64,000 nucleotides of DNA. It comes from a virus. The stretch is from positions 32,001-96,000 of IMG/VR virus record IMGVR_UViG_3300042261_001309. One strand, 5' to 3'. Shown one piece after another: positions 27,974-38,011 of the stretch (its first letter is position 1; the number at the start of each line of letters is the position of its first letter). The notes beneath the pieces are model-generated. The model ran no database searches and was not told the DNA's origin. It saw only the letters and a program-made list of their open reading frames with translations. A program made the translations under genes and the position numbers.

Positions 27974-28556
27974 AGCATCCTTGTAAGTCCTTACTCCATT
28001 GTTGAGCCATTGCTTCGGCTATACCGGTATAGGTTAAACTTCGTATCTTCCATCTATTTGGGCCGGGTGGCAAGTAATGAATACGCATACGCTCTAGCTT
28101 ATTATCCGGCAACGTAACAATATTGGTTGGTTTTAATTTAGGTAAGTTCTTCAACCACAAACAAGTAGCCTTGGTTTCTGGATGGCCAAATTGCCAAGGT
28201 TGAATAATTTGTTCCGGTTTACGTATTTCCCTGCTTAATATACCTATAGGATTCTCAATAGCTATTCTTGGAATTGGGGCAGCCATTAACAATTTAACAA
28301 ACGCAATAGCCTGCTGCTGCTCTGTTTGTTTATACTTAAACCATCGGGCACCCGAAGATGCCAAATGCGTACACGGCGGATGAGCAATCATTAAATCCCA
28401 TCCACGATCCAGAATATCTCGTATATCGCACTGGTAATGATTTCCAGGCGCTTCAGTATCGAGCAAATCACAAGACCAAGCTTCAATACCTAATTTAGTA
28501 AACGCATCTCTTACTCGGCCACTGAATTCGCAACCGATTAATACTTTAACTGACAT
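27960..28556 (-). CDS. Short phage DNA cytosine-C5 methyltransferase-like protein
   Basis: VLIGCEFSGRVRDAF, WDLMIAHPPCT (motif IV PC), IENP (motif VI) and QFGH motifs. Confidence 0.7.
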   Translation of the reverse strand: MSVKVLIGCEFSGRVRDAFTKLGIEAWSCDLLDTEAPGNHYQCDIRDILDRGWDLMIAHPPCTHLASSGARWFKYKQTEQQQAIAFVKLLMAAPIPRIAIENPIGILSREIRKPEQIIQPWQFGHPETKATCLWLKNLPKLKPTNIVTLPDNKLERMRIHYLPPGPNRWKIRSLTYTGIAEAMAQQWSKDLQGCYDLK

Positions 28557-28570
28557 TAAATACTACTCCT

Positions 28571-30055
28571 TTACTTAGGGCACTCCGTCCAATTAATGGA
28601 TTTAATATCTTTTACGATTTGTACGTGCCAACCTTGTTCCCTGTATGCTGCCATTCGCTTATAACTCATACCTTCCAAAGCTTGATCATGCGAATCAAGA
28701 AAATCAATTAATACAAAATGCGTTTTCTCTGATACGCCCATTTCAGTTCTTACGGCTTCCGGCAATGTACGAGAGCAGCGATAGGCTTCTTGCAGTACTT
28801 CTACTTCTGAACTACCGCCAGCCGCTTGCACAATAACCCTAGCATTAAGTATGTTTACACCTGCCCGGCCGCAGTCACTCATTATTAAATGCTGAAAGCC
28901 GTTTCCTTTAAACTCTTCAATAACCTGCTTCTGTTGTTTACCTGTTAAAGCAAAGCCTTTATAATCTGCTTTGCTCGAACCTCTATGGAAGAATTTCGTA
29001 CCTACTGGCATTTCAGCATATAGCTTAGGTAAATGATCAGCAATATGATCGAGAAATACAATTGTTTGATAATCCCTAGGAATTGTACGGCATATTTCAC
29101 CGATTAACCAATTACGATATTTGCAGTTTTTTATGCCTTGGCTAATTTTACCTTCGATAGTCGAAGCGGTAACCAATAACTGGTCGCTAGGCATTTGAAC
29201 GAAATATACCGCGCCTGGTAATACCGCGCCTAATTCTTCAGCTTCCCGATAAGGCATGGTAACAATTACTTCACCAAACATGCCTTTGAGGAGTTTCTCG
29301 GCCTGATTAAACAAGTTCTTAATCGTAGCCGAAAAACCAAAAGCGCGAATCGGAAAAATGGAACAAAATATCTTACTAGTTTGATCACCAGTGGAAGATT
29401 GAATTTCATCCGCCAACAACAACTGGCATTTTTCAATGGCACAACTACGAATGGATTTATACGTAGTTATGGTTATATCGTTGGAGATATCGTGTATACC
29501 ATCACCAACTCGGCCAATATGTTTGTGCGGAAATAAACCTTTAAACTTGGTATATAGCTCGTTATACACCTCTTTTAACGGTACGGCCAAAATAGTATTT
29601 AACTGCTGATATGCCCCGTATAAGCAAGCAGCGTAAACTGACTTTCCAGTAGCACCGGTGGTGTTTATTATGCCGTTTTCCAACTGTGCCTTGTTGACCA
29701 TCTCTAAAACCGTATCAACTTGATAATCACGCAAACCTGTGGATCCAATGGCTTCCCAATTCATGTTTTTAATGTTTTCCCAATTAGGCGCCGGCATTGG
29801 TGTGCGATGGTCGTGTATAATCTTCAGATCGTTATGCTTGTCAATCAGCTTACATATCTTTGGAAAAAAGCCAGCTAGAGTGATAATTCCGCCGTCTTCG
29901 TCTTGGTCGTATAGTAACCTTTTTTGAAAATCATTAACTCGTTGATAATTCTGCATTGCAAAACCTCGACGAGAATACTGAAGGTAATCCAATAAATAGA
30001 GCGGAGCAGGATTTATTTTTACTGCTCCGTCTACGCGAATAAGTTCAATTTCCAT
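28571..30055 (-). CDS. Superfamily 2 DNA helicase (UvsW/XPB-like)
   Basis: LRDYQ, TGATGKS, DEIQ, GFSAT and Q..YRCSR motifs. Confidence 0.85.
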   Translation of the reverse strand: MEIELIRVDGAVKINPAPLYLLDYLQYSRRGFAMQNYQRVNDFQKRLLYDQDEDGGIITLAGFFPKICKLIDKHNDLKIIHDHRTPMPAPNWENIKNMNWEAIGSTGLRDYQVDTVLEMVNKAQLENGIINTTGATGKSVYAACLYGAYQQLNTILAVPLKEVYNELYTKFKGLFPHKHIGRVGDGIHDISNDITITTYKSIRSCAIEKCQLLLADEIQSSTGDQTSKIFCSIFPIRAFGFSATIKNLFNQAEKLLKGMFGEVIVTMPYREAEELGAVLPGAVYFVQMPSDQLLVTASTIEGKISQGIKNCKYRNWLIGEICRTIPRDYQTIVFLDHIADHLPKLYAEMPVGTKFFHRGSSKADYKGFALTGKQQKQVIEEFKGNGFQHLIMSDCGRAGVNILNARVIVQAAGGSSEVEVLQEAYRCSRTLPEAVRTEMGVSEKTHFVLIDFLDSHDQALEGMSYKRMAAYREQGWHVQIVKDIKSINWTECPK

Positions 30056-30091
30056 TTTTTAAAGTCCGGAAATTCTGCCTAGCTGGAATAG

Positions 30092-30529
30092 CTAAAGTGC
30101 GGCTTTATCTGTCTTAGTAAACATTTCCGTCCAAACAGCATCCAGCACCGCCATGTGCTTTTTACAATTTTCAATTGTTTCTTTATGCTTGGCTATTTTA
30201 GCCGCTACCTCTACTAGATCTTTTTCATATAGCTTAAGCATTATATCTTTTTTAATTTTATCTAAGTCTAACGCCCTTGGTAATTTTAGTATTTCTAAGT
30301 TTAATTTATTTAAATACTTTGTACGGTATTCCAACAACTTTGTTTCGGATTTAATAGTTAAGGTTGATTCGTCATATTCATATTGAATCCGTTCCTTTAC
30401 TTTTAAATCATTATAGTATTTCTTAAATTCACCCTTTTTAAAATCAATCAAATTTCGTAAATCGTTTGTTTGTCCAATTACATCATTACAAAAAACTAAC
30501 GCTAAAATCATAAAAAATACGTTTTTCAC
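30092..30529 (-). CDS. Hypothetical secreted coiled-coil protein
   Basis: N-terminal signal-like hydrophobic stretch. Confidence 0.55.
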   Translation of the reverse strand: MKNVFFMILALVFCNDVIGQTNDLRNLIDFKKGEFKKYYNDLKVKERIQYEYDESTLTIKSETKLLEYRTKYLNKLNLEILKLPRALDLDKIKKDIMLKLYEKDLVEVAAKIAKHKETIENCKKHMAVLDAVWTEMFTKTDKAAL

Positions 30530-30575
30530 ACGATCTCAGTTCACGTATCCATAAAAAGTTGTACTTTAATAAGTA

Positions 30576-30609
30576 AGCTGAGGCAGAGGTTATTTTCACT
30601 GCCTCAGCT
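30576..30609 (-). terminator. Strong hairpin, probable terminator
   Basis: 11-bp inverted repeat AGCTGAGGCAG/CTGCCTCAGCT with a weak U tail. Confidence 0.5.
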
Positions 30610-30629
30610 CTCCAATCAGGTTATTTCTA

Positions 30630-30815
30630 TTACTTGTCTTTAGTAGATACGTCCACCACGACGGCATTGGCATAACCTCCAGATTTAGAACCCCGTGATC
30701 GTGGTGTAGTTAGAGCCGTAAAAAACTCCTTGGCCTTATCCCTGAGTGACGTATCAAAAATGAGTTGAGACGTAACTCCCCCTAAACAAAATGTTAATAA
30801 ATAGGCAAATGTCAT
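30630..30815 (-). CDS. Small membrane-anchored hypothetical protein
   Basis: 61 aa, hydrophobic N-terminus, ATGA overlap with sbcC. Confidence 0.55.
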   Translation of the reverse strand: MTFAYLLTFCLGGVTSQLIFDTSLRDKAKEFFTALTTPRSRGSKSGGYANAVVVDVSTKDK

Positions 30816-32881
30816 ACTGTTAGATTAATTACATTGTCCACACAATCTATCAAGCCTTCGTCGTGGTCGATTAAGATTACTTGGCCAATTGTTTGTTGTT
30901 CTCGCAGATTTTTAATACACGAGAAATATTGTTCACGTTTTTTAACATCCAGATTAGTGGTTCCCTCGTCTATGACCAGCATTGGAAAAGCTTGAGCAAA
31001 CAAGCTATGCAACGCCAATCTAAGACACAACCCAGCAATCATCTTCTGTCCACCTGACAACGCTGGAATTACCCGTTCTTCTGGATTGAGCACGACGAAT
31101 TTAAACTCATCGTTAATGCGAATTAAGTAAGGCAAATCAAACCGCTGCAACTGCATACCTAATTCTTCTTCCAACGTACCTCTATAGGTTTGTATTAAGT
31201 TTCTAGGAAACCGAGTAATATGCAAGGTATCATAAGCCAACCGTAATTTACTGAGATACTTATCCCGTTGAGCATTCTTGGCTTTATTTTGCTGAGAAGT
31301 AGCTAACTGATTATCCAGCATAGTTAATTCAGCGTTAACCGTAGCTACGGCGTTTGATAACTCATTTACTTCTACGACACGGCGCTTATTAATATCCAGC
31401 GCTTCCTGCATAGCTCTTAACTCAGCTTCAGGTGAACCGTTACCCGCATAGCTCATTAATCCTTTTAGCTTTTCATTAGCTACGGCGATTTCACCGGTTA
31501 AACAAACTACAGTAAGATTAAGCTCATTAACCTGTTTAGTTAAATTAACCAATCTTCCAAGTTCATTATTTACTTGGCGGTCTTCAGTTTCGTCGTATTT
31601 TGACGCTTCTAATACTTGTAAGTCCTGTCGCAGTTTTTCACAGTTTTTAAAGTCCCACCGTTGCGCAAGCTTGGCGTTAAGCTTATCACTCTCCGCTCTA
31701 GCTGCTTGAATCAAGTTAGTCCTGACCGTGTTTCTTTCACTCAACGCAACTATTTCCTGCTGCACAGCATTTAGTCTTTCCTGTACATTCGCAATAGCTT
31801 GCCCACACGTAGGACAAGTAGGATTAACAGACAAAGTATGATAACCTTCAAATTCAACGGCTAATTGATCTAGGCGATTATCCGCGATTGCTTTATCACT
31901 GGTTAACGCCGCTATGGTTGTTTGCTGTTTATTGAACTCTGCGGACAGCTGGGTAAACTCTTCTTCTGATTTTACAGTTAATTTTGATTCAGCTGCCGTA
32001 ATGCGAGCGACCAATTCTGACTTTCGCTTATACCTATCCTTATCCAGCATTATTTGCTGAGCACGCAAACCCAGCTGGGTTAATTTATCCTGATCACATT
32101 CCTTGTTTATTTTTTCCAAGGTTGAGTTAGCCGCAGCCAATTTAGCCTTAAAGTCGGCCAAGCTAGCTTCAATGCGCGGTTTAAGCTGCGCGTCGGCAAT
32201 ACACCGCTTATAGTATTCTAGGCTATTTAAAATCCGCGAGATAACCCCTTCGTCTAATAATGACTCGGAAACTCGCTGTCTATGCTCAGTTAATTGGGCA
32301 AGCTTAGCTTGAGCATCGGTTACTCGGCTATTTAAAACTACTACATCTTCTTCGGGCAACGGCGGAGGCGCATTCTTAATATAGTTATCCCAAATCACAG
32401 CCCTAAGTCTTTCAGTGTTAGGAACCATGAATATTTTCTGAAATACCTTCTCCCTTACGGACGAGTCACCAGAAAATAACTCAGGTATCTGATTTTGTCG
32501 GCCGACAATTACATGCTTAAATATATGTCCGTCTATCTGCAGTAACTTGGCCCATAAGTCTTTTACCTCAGTCGCTTTATGGTAGGTTGCGCCATCATAG
32601 TTTAAATGCACTTTCGACGAATCTATATGACGTGTCAAAATGCCTTCTTTACCATTAAGTATAAACTTACCTTGCACATACGATTGCCCGTTTGTGCCGG
32701 TCAGCATTAAGTCTTTCTTGTCATCGTAACCTTCGCCAACAAACAAAAAAGTAAGCGCCTCAATTATGGAAGACTTACCAGATCCGTTTAGCCCTATGAT
32801 ACCGGTTACACCAGATTTAAATTCAAACGATGCCTCTGGGAAACATCGAAAGTTTTTTAGAGATAACTGGGTTATTTGCAT
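30812..32881 (-). CDS. sbcC: Rad50/SbcC/gp46-like SMC ATPase
   Basis: GLNGSGKSS Walker A, coiled coil with CPTCG zinc hook, LSGGQ signature, DEGTTNLD and IDHD motifs. Confidence 0.92.
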   Translation of the reverse strand: MQITQLSLKNFRCFPEASFEFKSGVTGIIGLNGSGKSSIIEALTFLFVGEGYDDKKDLMLTGTNGQSYVQGKFILNGKEGILTRHIDSSKVHLNYDGATYHKATEVKDLWAKLLQIDGHIFKHVIVGRQNQIPELFSGDSSVREKVFQKIFMVPNTERLRAVIWDNYIKNAPPPLPEEDVVVLNSRVTDAQAKLAQLTEHRQRVSESLLDEGVISRILNSLEYYKRCIADAQLKPRIEASLADFKAKLAAANSTLEKINKECDQDKLTQLGLRAQQIMLDKDRYKRKSELVARITAAESKLTVKSEEEFTQLSAEFNKQQTTIAALTSDKAIADNRLDQLAVEFEGYHTLSVNPTCPTCGQAIANVQERLNAVQQEIVALSERNTVRTNLIQAARAESDKLNAKLAQRWDFKNCEKLRQDLQVLEASKYDETEDRQVNNELGRLVNLTKQVNELNLTVVCLTGEIAVANEKLKGLMSYAGNGSPEAELRAMQEALDINKRRVVEVNELSNAVATVNAELTMLDNQLATSQQNKAKNAQRDKYLSKLRLAYDTLHITRFPRNLIQTYRGTLEEELGMQLQRFDLPYLIRINDEFKFVVLNPEERVIPALSGGQKMIAGLCLRLALHSLFAQAFPMLVIDEGTTNLDVKKREQYFSCIKNLREQQTIGQVILIDHDEGLIDCVDNVINLTV

Positions 32882-32893
32882 AACTTTTAAACC

Positions 32894-33088
32894 TTACAAC
32901 GGTGGGTTAGTTTTTCGCATCTTATACACCGTAATGCACACCAATATAAAAAAGGTGAGAATAAGAATCGATTTAAAGCACAGCCAAATGCACACCGGTA
33001 AAAATACGACCAACCAGCAACAGCCAAGCCAGTCGATTACTTTTACAACGATTAGCAATAATACAATGGCGGTTAACCACTCTAGCAT
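32894..33088 (-). CDS. Small membrane protein
   Basis: 64 aa, almost wholly hydrophobic, KVIDW..WLVVFLPV pattern. Confidence 0.6.
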   Translation of the reverse strand: MLEWLTAIVLLLIVVKVIDWLGCCWLVVFLPVCIWLCFKSILILTFFILVCITVYKMRKTNPPL

Positions 33089-34170
33089 AGCTGGGCCTTT
33101 ACAAATTTATCCAAAACCAACTTTGAATCCTCGGTGTTAATAAGTGAATATAGCAAATCCACGATATCGGGCTGCTCGCAACTAAGCTTCAATGCTTCGT
33201 ATACGCGATCCGTATTGTTTATTTCACTGCGAATACTGCATTCCACCTTGGCATGTTTTACATTAGCTGATACTTGAGCTAACCGCACATGGGCTACTCG
33301 ATATAGACTGGTAAGTAATTTTAGCTTATCTTGTGTACTGCGATTGTACTTAACAACCACTACTGGCATGGCGCCTTTTGCTTTTTCGTATCTTGAATAT
33401 AGATAGCCGATTTCGTGCTCTTTGAAATCAAGAGAAGTTAAATCGACTATATGATAACCTCGCTTTAACGTCAGTGGTATACGTTTTAAGGTCTTACCGT
33501 CGAAATGGATTACACTTTTAGCATCACCTATTTCACCAGAATTAATTACGCCCGGCGAACCACAATACATTACAGGTATTTCTTTAGTGCAATTTTTTAA
33601 CGTACCTTGTAAGGGTTTATGTATATCCCCTAAGATAATTCCTTTTAATTTTGGAAATACCTCAAATACAGGAAAAGTACTGAAATCGATTTTCTTCTTT
33701 TCCTCACAGAATGGGAATATACTTAAAAACTGGCCATGGAAAAACAGCCATTCAACCTTAGAAGCATAGGCACATGCTTTTAATCCATCCGGTATATAAT
33801 CTTTAACGTCGCTATAATCCAACCCAAATAAGTTAGGCGTAGCGTCTTCAGAAAAGGCTAGAAACTCAGAAGCATCCCTAAGCCAACATTTACCATTAAT
33901 TGGTTTACTGTGGTCACCTGCTAATCCAATTGGGGTAACACCGTTATTCTTAAGTAGTCTTACGCCGTCTTTTACAAAGCTTATTAATTCCGGAGTTGGT
34001 TTGTTAGTGTCGAACTCGTCGCCACAATTAATCAAATAATCTACCTTTAAGCTAATAGCTAAAGAACAGATATCCGTAAATGTGGTTTTAAGATCCTGGG
34101 CCAACTCCGGTTTATTAAACGGAGTCAGCCCAAGATGCAGGTCTGCAAAAGCTAGAAATGATTTACTCAT
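33082..34170 (-). CDS. sbcD: Mre11/SbcD/gp47-like metallophosphoesterase nuclease
   Basis: ADLHLG, GDEFD, GDH, HG, LGDIH and YCGS motifs; next to sbcC. Confidence 0.88.
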   Translation of the reverse strand: MSKSFLAFADLHLGLTPFNKPELAQDLKTTFTDICSLAISLKVDYLINCGDEFDTNKPTPELISFVKDGVRLLKNNGVTPIGLAGDHSKPINGKCWLRDASEFLAFSEDATPNLFGLDYSDVKDYIPDGLKACAYASKVEWLFFHGQFLSIFPFCEEKKKIDFSTFPVFEVFPKLKGIILGDIHKPLQGTLKNCTKEIPVMYCGSPGVINSGEIGDAKSVIHFDGKTLKRIPLTLKRGYHIVDLTSLDFKEHEIGYLYSRYEKAKGAMPVVVVKYNRSTQDKLKLLTSLYRVAHVRLAQVSANVKHAKVECSIRSEINNTDRVYEALKLSCEQPDIVDLLYSLINTEDSKLVLDKFVKAQLC

Positions 34171-34397
34171 AGGTCGGACTCGAAAATACGATGCTCTTCA
34201 GCGACCACCTTATCTCGATCTTTACCACGTGCCACTACTTGACCGTTACTTTTTCTAATCGCTACCCATTCTTGCGTAGTAGTATCCCATTCTACATCAC
34301 TTATACGAGGCTTTTCAGCCGGTCCTAATTTAAGTGCATCAATTGACTTATGATCAATAGCCGTAACTGTGCCGTCTTGAGATATTTTAATTCGCAT
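34167..34397 (-). CDS. Small conserved-type protein of the AAA/DUF1257/DUF2997 cluster
   Basis: IKISQDGTV...LG...RISDVEW...W pattern recalled from such clusters; 76 aa. Confidence 0.55.
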   Translation of the reverse strand: MRIKISQDGTVTAIDHKSIDALKLGPAEKPRISDVEWDTTTQEWVAIRKSNGQVVARGKDRDKVVAEEHRIFESDL

Positions 34398-34400
34398 AAT

Positions 34401-34441
34401 AAAAAGAAATAACCCCGCTCCATATTTCAGAAGCGGGGTTA
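34401..34441 (-). terminator. Intrinsic terminator after the OMP gene
   Basis: TAACCCCGCT/AGCGGGGTTA stem followed by TTTCTTTTT. Confidence 0.7.
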
Positions 34442-34468
34442 CAACCAGATAACAACCTACAACAACAA

Positions 34469-35080
34469 CTAGAACACAAACCGCAATGACGTACCAATCA
34501 CATGTGCGTCATCCCACTTTGCACCACCATCCTTAAAAGATTCGTAAAAATAGAATACACTTCCTTTAAGGTGTTTAGTGATTTTATAATCAAAACCACC
34601 AAAAGCTCGATTTTTGTCGAAGTCCATTCCTCGATCTGCATCAAGGAACATTTCATCGGCAATGAATGGATTAATCTCCAATTTGGTCCATTTCCAAGGT
34701 GTACTGTATTTAATCTTTTCGCTTAGCTCGTAAGTATTATCCAGGTTTTCAGGCGCCAGACCTACCTCGAACTGTGAACGCAGACTGAGCTGCCCCCAGC
34801 TGCTTTCGGGTGTTTTAAACGTGATACCCGGTAGGAACTTATTCCAATTGTCAAAGCCGGTACCCTTATCTTCAAACACTAGCCGGTAGCCACCAAACAG
34901 GTCGATCCACGGCGTAAGCGAATACGCCAATTTCAGATCAGTGTGGTTATAATAAAACCCACCGTCAGTTTTTACCCGGACTTCATCTTCCACAGTAAAT
35001 GTCAGATTAGTCGGCCAGGCGTTCGCGGCGCTAACTGCGGCCAGCATTACGATTCCAATTAACAGTTTCTTCATAATCAT
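34469..35080 (-). CDS. Outer-membrane beta-barrel protein (DUF2490-like)
   Basis: Sec signal ending ANA, alternating amphipathic strands, PFIADEMF...FDKNR motif, C-terminal Phe. Confidence 0.8.
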   Translation of the reverse strand: MIMKKLLIGIVMLAAVSAANAWPTNLTFTVEDEVRVKTDGGFYYNHTDLKLAYSLTPWIDLFGGYRLVFEDKGTGFDNWNKFLPGITFKTPESSWGQLSLRSQFEVGLAPENLDNTYELSEKIKYSTPWKWTKLEINPFIADEMFLDADRGMDFDKNRAFGGFDYKITKHLKGSVFYFYESFKDGGAKWDDAHVIGTSLRFVF

Positions 35081-35162
35081 ATTTAGTTCTTACTTCCGAG
35101 CTTCCTAACTCAGATTCTTACCTTTCAAAAACAGTTTACCAACCCTATTTTCAAAAGAAAAC

Positions 35163-35201
35163 AAAAAAGGAGGGTGAGAAAATAGAAAAAACTCACCCCC
35201 C
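35163..35201 (-). terminator. Intrinsic terminator after DUF2997
   Basis: GGGTGAG/CTCACCC stem followed by T6. Confidence 0.65.
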
Positions 35202-35213
35202 TCGACCTAATTG

Positions 35214-35423
35214 CTACAGCGACTGATCTACCGTAACATCGTTTTCTACTTTATAGAAATTGCCCGTAGTGTGCCGCGTATTTTCGTCGGCTTTACCCAA
35301 CACCTTCTCGAGGTCGTGTGTAAGAGCCTGGCAACCCTGGCCAACCCCAGCAACATCGACAATTTGTACAGCACCGTCAGCCTTGATCAAGATTTGTAAT
35401 TGCTTACCCATATTAATAACCAT
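35214..35423 (-). CDS. DUF2997-family protein
   Basis: IxIKADGxV...GVGQGCQALT..LEKVLG...T.NFY pattern. Confidence 0.75.
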   Translation of the reverse strand: MVINMGKQLQILIKADGAVQIVDVAGVGQGCQALTHDLEKVLGKADENTRHTTGNFYKVENDVTVDQSL

Positions 35424-35682
35424 TTACAATAGAAACGTATTGCATATCACGCAGCCCAGTGTCAGCGTGCCATTTAAACTTAAGTTTCACTGCGTGCGAC
35501 TTATTACCGCACCAGTTTATCGTGATATAAATCAGGGCGTTGTAATACTGCGGATCTTCCTCGTCTTTACACAGACTTTGGCGCACCACTGTAACCTTTT
35601 CGGGTGGTGGCACTTCCGAAGCATACATTGCCTGAATATCAGCGACAATTTGAGCGAATTGAATATCGCTAACGCTTTTCAT
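35413..35682 (-). CDS. Hypothetical protein
   Basis: 89-aa ORF within the cluster. Confidence 0.55.
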   Translation of the reverse strand: MKSVSDIQFAQIVADIQAMYASEVPPPEKVTVVRQSLCKDEEDPQYYNALIYITINWCGNKSHAVKLKFKWHADTGLRDMQYVSIVNGY

Positions 35683-35684
35683 TC

Positions 35685-36071
35685 TTAAAGGTTTACCGTC
35701 AGATACATGTCTTGGTTTTCGAGGATTTCCCGATTAATCACAGCACCATAGAAATGATTCTCAATTACGGCTGCTGCGAATTCCTGTTTCAATTTACCTA
35801 GGTCTTTACCCAGCGATTGTTCAATGGACCCGCCGTATAGGTCGGTGGTCAAATCAACCAGCTCGTTACCCAAGGTCATGCCGATGTCATGGATATGCAA
35901 CCCAGTAGTAGCTGGGTTAACGGCAACATACGGATACTGCTGGGTGCCGCCAGCATATGTGCGGCTGTTGGCGTTTTCTACTACCTGCCAGCCTAAACGA
36001 CTGAATGCGGTTTTCAGAGAATCAAAGTTCTCCACTTTGAATTGGGTTGCGATTTTTACTTGATGGCTCAT
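35685..36071 (-). CDS. DUF1257 (Ycf35-like) protein
   Basis: MSH...T.F....L..A...LG, DIG, D.YG and LKQEFA pattern. Confidence 0.75.
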   Translation of the reverse strand: MSHQVKIATQFKVENFDSLKTAFSRLGWQVVENANSRTYAGGTQQYPYVAVNPATTGLHIHDIGMTLGNELVDLTTDLYGGSIEQSLGKDLGKLKQEFAAAVIENHFYGAVINREILENQDMYLTVNL

Positions 36072-36075
36072 ACTA

Positions 36076-36429
36076 TTAACTTACTTCGTATTTTTTTAGG
36101 AACTCACTAACTACGGTCAAGATATTGTCTCCTTCAGGTTGAATCACAAAATCATCAACCGTACCGTAGGCTTTTATAAACTCGCTGACATTTTTAGTCA
36201 ACCATTGGTTTAAGAAAGTTCTAAACTTAGCGTGACTAAACGATACTTCTTCAAGCTCGTTGCTGTTATCCTCGGCTGGTACAGAGATTACCAATAAACC
36301 GTCCTCCAGCCTATCTTTATTTATCTTACCTTTAATAGCCAACTCACACAAGGGCATCCTAAGTACCCCTGTTGATTTGGATGTTTTTAAAAACAGGGTG
36401 TCTAACTTGAAGTCCTCGTCTTGGGTCAT
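36076..36429 (-). CDS. Hypothetical protein
   Basis: 117-aa ORF with an ATGA overlap. Confidence 0.6.
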   Translation of the reverse strand: MTQDEDFKLDTLFLKTSKSTGVLRMPLCELAIKGKINKDRLEDGLLVISVPAEDNSNELEEVSFSHAKFRTFLNQWLTKNVSEFIKAYGTVDDFVIQPEGDNILTVVSEFLKKYEVS

Positions 36430-37406
36430 ACCTGAATACGACGAACATATTCGCCGGTAACCGTGTCAATGTCACTAACTTTTTGTGCGGCATCCAAAAC
36501 CTGGCCAACCGCAAGCTGCAACGCTTCTTTGGCCTCTGTGTCATTCTTAAAATCTCTACCGGTAACCAACAAGGCTTGCACTGCTTGCAACTGGTCAGCC
36601 ACGGCTGAGTCATTTAAGAAATTCACATCTTTAAAGGATTCCACAACGTCACTCAACGAAGCAATGTTTCTGCTGGAGATAACCTTGCCTGTGCGCAACC
36701 GTTCCGCAACATTTGAAAAGGCGGAAATAATATTACCTCTAACGTGTGTTACTGCATCAGATAAGAACGAATTGAGCGTCCTGAAGTTTTCGTGGTATAC
36801 GGCCGCCAAGTCTTCCCGTTGCCGATCCAAAAGCTCCCGCTCAGCGGTTTGCTGCGCTTGAAGAGTTTGTAACGACACCTCGTCCATTTTTGTGGGGAAC
36901 GACACGGCAAACATACTAATCCCGAACTGAAACTTGCTACGAATTTGATCCGCAGCCGGGTAGTGTTTCTCCAATTTATCTCGATAGGCTTCATTGTCGC
37001 TAAGGTAACTTTCTACGGTTGCAGCATACTCTGTCACAAAACGATCTACTTCACCAAAGAACTGATCACGATACGCGTTAAGCCTGCTCAAAACCTCAGG
37101 CACTTTGGCAGTGGGAATAAAATGCGCCGCCCCAATAGGAAATGGGATAGCCATCTGTTTCAGATTAAGCACACCTCGCGCCCGACTTTCAATGGTATTG
37201 AAAATCTTCATTCTCGCCGCCGGGATTAATTGCTTGGTACCCAAATTAGCAAACTTGGGAACCTCCTCGTCAGTTAAACCCAAGTCATGGGCAGACAAGG
37301 ACGCCACGGCTGGCCATGCTGCAATGTGTACGGCTACTAACTTACCGTCCTGAAATAACTGCTGGGTTAACTGTGCAATGCGTTGTTCTACTGTTTGATT
37401 TTCCAT
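36426..37406 (-). CDS. DUF3150-like protein
   Basis: LGTKQLIP..F..IESRAR, HFIP and YP..QIRSKF motifs; adjacent to the AAA ATPase. Confidence 0.65.
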   Translation of the reverse strand: MENQTVEQRIAQLTQQLFQDGKLVAVHIAAWPAVASLSAHDLGLTDEEVPKFANLGTKQLIPAARMKIFNTIESRARGVLNLKQMAIPFPIGAAHFIPTAKVPEVLSRLNAYRDQFFGEVDRFVTEYAATVESYLSDNEAYRDKLEKHYPAADQIRSKFQFGISMFAVSFPTKMDEVSLQTLQAQQTAERELLDRQREDLAAVYHENFRTLNSFLSDAVTHVRGNIISAFSNVAERLRTGKVISSRNIASLSDVVESFKDVNFLNDSAVADQLQAVQALLVTGRDFKNDTEAKEALQLAVGQVLDAAQKVSDIDTVTGEYVRRIQV

Positions 37407-37412
37407 AAAAAT

Positions 37413-37445
37413 AAAAAGGGAGAGACACGGTTAAATGTCCCTCCC
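37413..37445 (-). terminator. Intrinsic terminator-like hairpin
   Basis: GGGAGGGACA...TGTCTCTCCC followed by TTTTTATTTTT. Confidence 0.6.
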
Positions 37446-37467
37446 TAATTGACTGATAGATATTATG

Positions 37468-37965
37468 TTATGTTATTTTACGCTCAGCTTCAGTAAGCAC
37501 CGAAGCCTCCCCATCGTCGTTAGCCATTAGCAACCTGCCTTGCGCCTGTGCTTTCATTTCGGCAAGCTCAGTGGCATTCGACGTCGACTGCGGAATGGTC
37601 GCTTGACACTCATCAAGCAACATGCGAGTTGTGAATTCTTTACCATTGTCGGCATATGCTTTAAACATAGTCGAAATGATAACCTGTTCAATTTCTGCGC
37701 CAGTAAATTTATCACTGGCGGCAGCGAGCTTATTTAGATCGAATTTTGCTGGATTGCGCTGCTTAAGCTTAAGCTGCACTTCCCAAATTTGCTTTCGATC
37801 TTGTTCATCCGGCAGATCAATCCACATAGCCGCATCAAAACGGCCTTTTCGTACTAGTTCCGGCGGAAGCAACGTAAAGTTGTTCGACGTACCTAGTACG
37901 AAAACTGGAGTTTTGCGATCGCTAAGCCAAGACAATAACGTGGCGAATAGCCTAGAACTTGTACC
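37468..37965 (-). CDS. Ycf46-like AAA+ ATPase, exon 2
   Basis: GTSSRLFATLLSWL, TSN, LPPELVRKGRFD (arginine finger) and FTGAEIEQ motifs. Confidence 0.9.
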   Translation of the reverse strand, partial: GTSSRLFATLLSWLSDRKTPVFVLGTSNNFTLLPPELVRKGRFDAAMWIDLPDEQDRKQIWEVQLKLKQRNPAKFDLNKLAAASDKFTGAEIEQVIISTMFKAYADNGKEFTTRMLLDECQATIPQSTSNATELAEMKAQAQGRLLMANDDGEASVLTEAERKIT

Positions 37966-38011
37966 CACTTATCTTATGAATATACCGTTTCCGTATATTC
38001 GCTGTGTATCA

